37,142 nucleotides of DNA from a bacterium (GTDB taxonomy: Bacteria; Patescibacteriota; Minisyncoccia; Phycocordibacterales; Phycocordibacteraceae): assembly GCA_021813835.1 (NCBI GenBank), contig JAKAJJ010000001.1:1-37142 (forward strand), given 5' to 3'. Positions 33,790 to 37,142 of this stretch are shown in pieces (positions within the stretch are counted from its first letter, which is position 1; each line of letters opens with the position of its first letter). Position numbers and translations under genes: made by a program. A model generated the notes under the pieces. That model did not search any database, was not told where the DNA came from, and saw nothing but the letters and a program-made list of their open reading frames with translations.

Positions 33790-35160
33790 ATGCGAATGCC
33801 GCTTCCGCGGCATTCGCCGAGCGCCCATCCCGGCCGTTTGGTTAATTAATCAGCGCACGTTAGAACAGCACGCGATCCTCAAACAGGACCGAGAGCTGCG
33901 CCATGATCTCGCTCCAGTTGCGGAGCGCCGTCGAGCGACCCTTCGAGAAGTCTGCCTGAGCGAGCCAGAGGAGCTTCAGCAAGGAGTCATCGTGCGGGAA
34001 GACGGTGGTCGTCTTCGTCACCTTCCGGAACTGCCGGTTGAGGTTCTCGATCATGTTCGTGGTGTAGATCATGCGGCGCACCGGAGCGGGATACTCGAAG
34101 AAGGTGGCGAGATCCGGCCACCTCTCCTCCCACGAGCGGAGGTATGCACGGTACTGCGGCCAATGTTCCTTCACGCCTTCGAGAGCCTCTCTGCCTTGAT
34201 CGGCGGTAGCGGCGGTATACACCTCCTTCAGGTCTTTGCAGAACGCCTCGCGATCGTGGAACGGCAGGAACTTCATCGTGTTCCGGATCATGTGCACGAC
34301 GCACACCTGCACGTCCGTGTTCGGATACACCGCCTTGATGGCTTCGGGGAACCCCTTAAGGCCGTCGACGGCGGCGATAAGAATGTCGTCGACGCCTCGG
34401 TTCTTGAGGTCGTTCAGGACGTGCATCCAATACTTCGCACCCTCGGTATCGGTCACCCAGATGCCGAGCACCTCCTTCGCGCCATATGGGTTGATGCCGA
34501 GCGCGATGTACGCGACCTTCGAGGCGATCTTCCCGGCATCGCGCACCTTGAAGTGGATGCCGTCGAGATACACGATCGGGTACATCGCGGAGAGCGGGCG
34601 GGATTGCCACTCCTTCACGAGCGGGAACACTTTGTCCGTGATCGCGGAGACGGCTGGCTGAGAGATGTCGAGACTGTGATGCGCCTTCATATACCGCGAG
34701 ATATCGCGGGTGGTGAGGCCTTTCGCATAGAGCGAGATGACCATCGCTTCGTTGTCATTGGCTACCACGTCATACCACGGTTCGAAGGCGAGATCGTCGC
34801 GGTCGATTGCGGGCGCGCCAAGGCGACGCTTGGCGTATGGCTTCGGGACGTGTTCCTCCTTCGGTTCGGGCTTAGGCACGGCGGCCATCGCGGCGGCTGC
34901 AAATTCCTTCGCGAGCGCGGCGGCGTCCTCGGGCGTACGGATGCCCTTGAGGCGAGTCTGGTATTCTTCGAACGTCAAAGTCTTTTCCATGTGATTTCAG
35001 GGGTTACGGGCCGGGCGGGCGCCCGTTTCGACATTACGCGTAACCTCATGGAATCAGAATCATTTCGTCTGCCGGCAGGAACGCCAAAGCCGCTCTGGAC
35101 TTGCCGGAGCGGCCGCGTCATCCATTGAGGCATGGAGGCATACGCGACCAGCGCCCCGAT
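33790..35160 (-). mobile_element. IS256-family insertion sequence (ends approximate)
   Basis: It contains the transposase CDS. Candidate imperfect terminal inverted repeats are gcgaatgccgcttcc (about 33792) and the reverse complement of ggaggcatacgc (about 35145). The implied length of about 1.37 kb fits the family. The boundaries are not verified. Confidence 0.55.
33860..34990 (-). CDS. IS256-family (Mutator-type) transposase
   Basis: It is 376 aa. Family-typical stretches are YAKGLTTRDI, PIVYLDGIHFKVR, VAYIALGINPYGAKEVLGIW, AVDGLKGFPEAI, QVCVVHMIRN and YTTNMIENLNRQFRKVTK. Confidence 0.93.
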   Translation of the reverse strand: MEKTLTFEEYQTRLKGIRTPEDAAALAKEFAAAAMAAVPKPEPKEEHVPKPYAKRRLGAPAIDRDDLAFEPWYDVVANDNEAMVISLYAKGLTTRDISRYMKAHHSLDISQPAVSAITDKVFPLVKEWQSRPLSAMYPIVYLDGIHFKVRDAGKIASKVAYIALGINPYGAKEVLGIWVTDTEGAKYWMHVLNDLKNRGVDDILIAAVDGLKGFPEAIKAVYPNTDVQVCVVHMIRNTMKFLPFHDREAFCKDLKEVYTAATADQGREALEGVKEHWPQYRAYLRSWEERWPDLATFFEYPAPVRRMIYTTNMIENLNRQFRKVTKTTTVFPHDDSLLKLLWLAQADFSKGRSTALRNWSEIMAQLSVLFEDRVLF

Positions 35161-35191
35161 GAAGGAAGGCCGGACGATAATCGTCCGGTCC

Positions 35192-36487
35192 CTAGTGCGA
35201 ATCGACCACGTCCTTGATGAATTTCTTATCGAGCCAGAAGCAGCGCTTCGTTATCGCAGAACCGTCCGGAAGGACATCAGTGTCGGAGCCGTCACGGCCA
35301 TGCGGACGCACGTGGGCGACCGCGCTTTCGGATTTCTTCGGGAGGCGGCTCCCGTCGCTCTTCTTCACCGCCTTGACTGCGCTGCGCCATACGCGCTGCA
35401 CTTCGCCCTCGAGCACGTCATTCGGCATCGTCCAGAAGAACGCCTTCACGAAGCGCTTCCGGTCGCCGCTCTTGCAGTCACCCTGGCACTGATAGACGAC
35501 GATGAGGAAACGCTTCTGAAGCTGCTCCTTGAACGAGCTGCCGGGCTTCTCGTCATCGACCGCCGCATCCCAATCCTCCTTCACGAGCTCGGCGAACCTG
35601 AACGCCGGGAACGACATGTCTTCCTTCGGCATCCCGTCGGCGCGCAGCTGCACGGTCTTCATCGTTATCTCGGCCTTCTCGAATTCCTCGATCTTCTTGC
35701 CCTGCACGCCCATCATGCGCCGCGCGAGCATGGCGTAATAATCCTTCGACTTAGGGTTGAGGCCTTTGCCGACCTCTTTCTTGATGTCGGTTATGGTCTT
35801 CCCGGCGAACGGCGTGAAGCGGCTCAGGATCTCCTGCTCGAACGTCTTCTTGCGCAGCACGGAAGAGTCCTTGATCGCGGATTCGTATTCTTCCGCAGCC
35901 TCGTCCGGCGAGAGCATCTGACGGAGGAGGACGGTCATGTATCCGGCCTTGAACGAGAACGCGCGCGGCTTTGCCGCTTCGCCGCCGTTCGCCTGCGTCC
36001 TGGTCACCGATGCGTTGGCTGCTTTCGTGCATGCGCCGAGATACTCGGTGTCGCCTTCGGAGAGGTCCTGCGCGCGACCGGCGCTGATCTTCCCGTGTAT
36101 CTTCCGCCAGTCCTCCTCGATGATGCGCCGGTCGCGTTCAGGGAGCTCGCTGAAGGAGAGTCGTTGCGCGATGCGTACCGGATGGTCGACCGCGGCGCGT
36201 CCGTCTTCGTGCTCGTACGACACCAGCATGATGTCAGCGTTCTTCCTGAGGAACGAGCTCGTGCCGAACGTCTCCTTGGCCTCCTTCTCGTAGTTGATGA
36301 TGTTGAGTACGAGGCGTTCCTTCGCGGAATATCCGCCGCGGGAGAGCTTCTTGAGCGGCGTCGACTTGAGCTCGACCCCGGCTTCCGGGAAATCCGGGGC
36401 GGATTCGTTCGGCGGGTTGATGCCGTAGTAGTAGCGCTCGAGGATGGTCCCGAAGGAGCCCCAGAAATGGTCGGGCCGGAAGCTCCA
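35192..36487 (-). pseudogene. Sau3AI/MutH-family restriction endonuclease gene, 5'-truncated
   Basis: The track ORF 35192..36229 continues upstream in frame. My hand translation there gives GSFGTILERYYYGINPPNESAPDFPEAGVELKSTPLKKLSRGGYSAKERLVLNIINYEKEA, the catalytic D...ELK region. That stretch has no ATG, GTG or TTG and is closed by a TGA at 36488..36490. The first usable start, 36229, lies downstream of the catalytic motif. Confidence 0.75.
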
Positions 36488-37094
36488 TCAGTGGCTCAAG
36501 TTCGACCTGAACTTCAAATCGAAGGGCAACAAGAATCTCTCCCTCGGAAACATCTACGTCATCCTCCAAAACCCCTTCTACTACGGCACCTTCGAGTACC
36601 CGGAGAAGAGCGGCAACTGGTATCAGGGCAAGCACGAGCCGCTCATCTCGAAGGAACTCTTCGACGCCGTGCAGGCACACCTGAAGCGGGACCAGATCGT
36701 GCGGTCGGAGATCAAGGAATTCGCCTTCACCAAGCTGATGACATGCGGCTCCTGCGGGAGCGGTATCTGCGCCGACGAGAAATTCAAGCGCCTCAAGGAC
36801 GGCACCTCAGCCCGCTACATCTACTATTCCTGCACCCGGCACAAGGACAAGAATTGCAAGAACGGGTACGTGCGCGAGGAGGCCTTGATCGAGCAGATGG
36901 TGAAGGTGATGGACGGCGTCGATTTCAACAAGATCGCCATGCGCGAGAAATTCGAGGAGGAGGTGGAGCGGCTACGGAAATTCCAGCGGGCGTTCGCCCA
37001 TGGTGGGGACGCCGCACCACAGAAGGACATCGACCTCCGCGACTATGCGAAGTATCTCCTTCCCTATTGTGACCGAACTCGCGACGATGCTTAA
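36444..37094 (+). pseudogene. Large serine recombinase, C-terminal fragment only (recombinase and zinc-ribbon domains; no resolvase catalytic domain)
   Basis: Motifs seen are LGNIYVILQNPFYYGTF, GKHEPLISKELFDAVQ, LMTCGSCGSGI and YIYYSCTRHKDKNC. No upstream sequence can encode the N-terminal catalytic Ser domain, because the opposite-strand endonuclease remnant occupies it. Confidence 0.75.
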
Positions 37095-37142
37095 AAGACT
37101 GCCGTATTTACGAACGCTTTCTGCAAAATCCTGCCCAGCTGT

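Noticed and set aside
36234-36680. A 148-aa ORF lies on the - strand upstream of the endonuclease ORF.
   Set aside because: It is in a different frame from the real endonuclease continuation and antisense to the recombinase fragment. Its translation shows no family features.
1-37142. I scanned for CRISPR arrays, rRNA genes and tmRNA.
   Set aside because: No regularly spaced direct repeats, no rRNA-like conserved stretches and no tmRNA tag or tRNA-like domain were seen in a by-eye scan. Only the repeats listed in the features were found.

Overview
This is a mostly very GC-rich bacterial chromosomal segment with tightly packed housekeeping genes. On the + strand these are rlmB, a DHH phosphoesterase, tsaD, valS, a PrsW-type protease and Hsp20. 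On the - strand they are an O-antigen-ligase/TPR protein, murJ, lepA, a septum-formation-initiator-like gene and class II RNR nrdJ. There are four tRNAs, Val-GAC, Phe-GAA, Arg-CCT and Gly-CCC, and an RNase P RNA. The gene content (DUF5666-like secreted proteins, a DKNYY-repeat protein, a short ValS, many genes without Shine-Dalgarno sites) suggests a small-genome, CPR-like bacterium; that taxon call is only inference. Several accessory regions interrupt the backbone:
1. 22..2630: a 2.6-kb cassette bounded by 108-bp perfect inverted repeats. It encodes a ParB/Srx-fold protein and three small unknown proteins, with its own promoter, structured leader, terminator and a 167-bp palindromic element.
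2. About 13.4-16.06 kb: lower-GC cassettes next to tRNA-Gly, delimited by decayed tRNA 3'-end-like sequences and a 23-bp direct repeat.
3. About 26.1-29.05 kb: an AT-rich island with an orphan purM-like gene and a DKNYY-repeat protein, bracketed by tRNA-T-arm-like repeats.
4. About 29.1-37.1 kb: a phage/plasmid-like and defence-like island. It holds a ParB-domain-fused DNA methyltransferase, HTH proteins, a HEPN-motif protein and an IS256-family transposase. It also holds a Sau3AI/MutH-family endonuclease gene and a large serine recombinase gene, which face away from each other and have both lost their 5' ends at one junction.
No CRISPR array was seen. All protein family calls come from motif recognition by eye; no searches were run.
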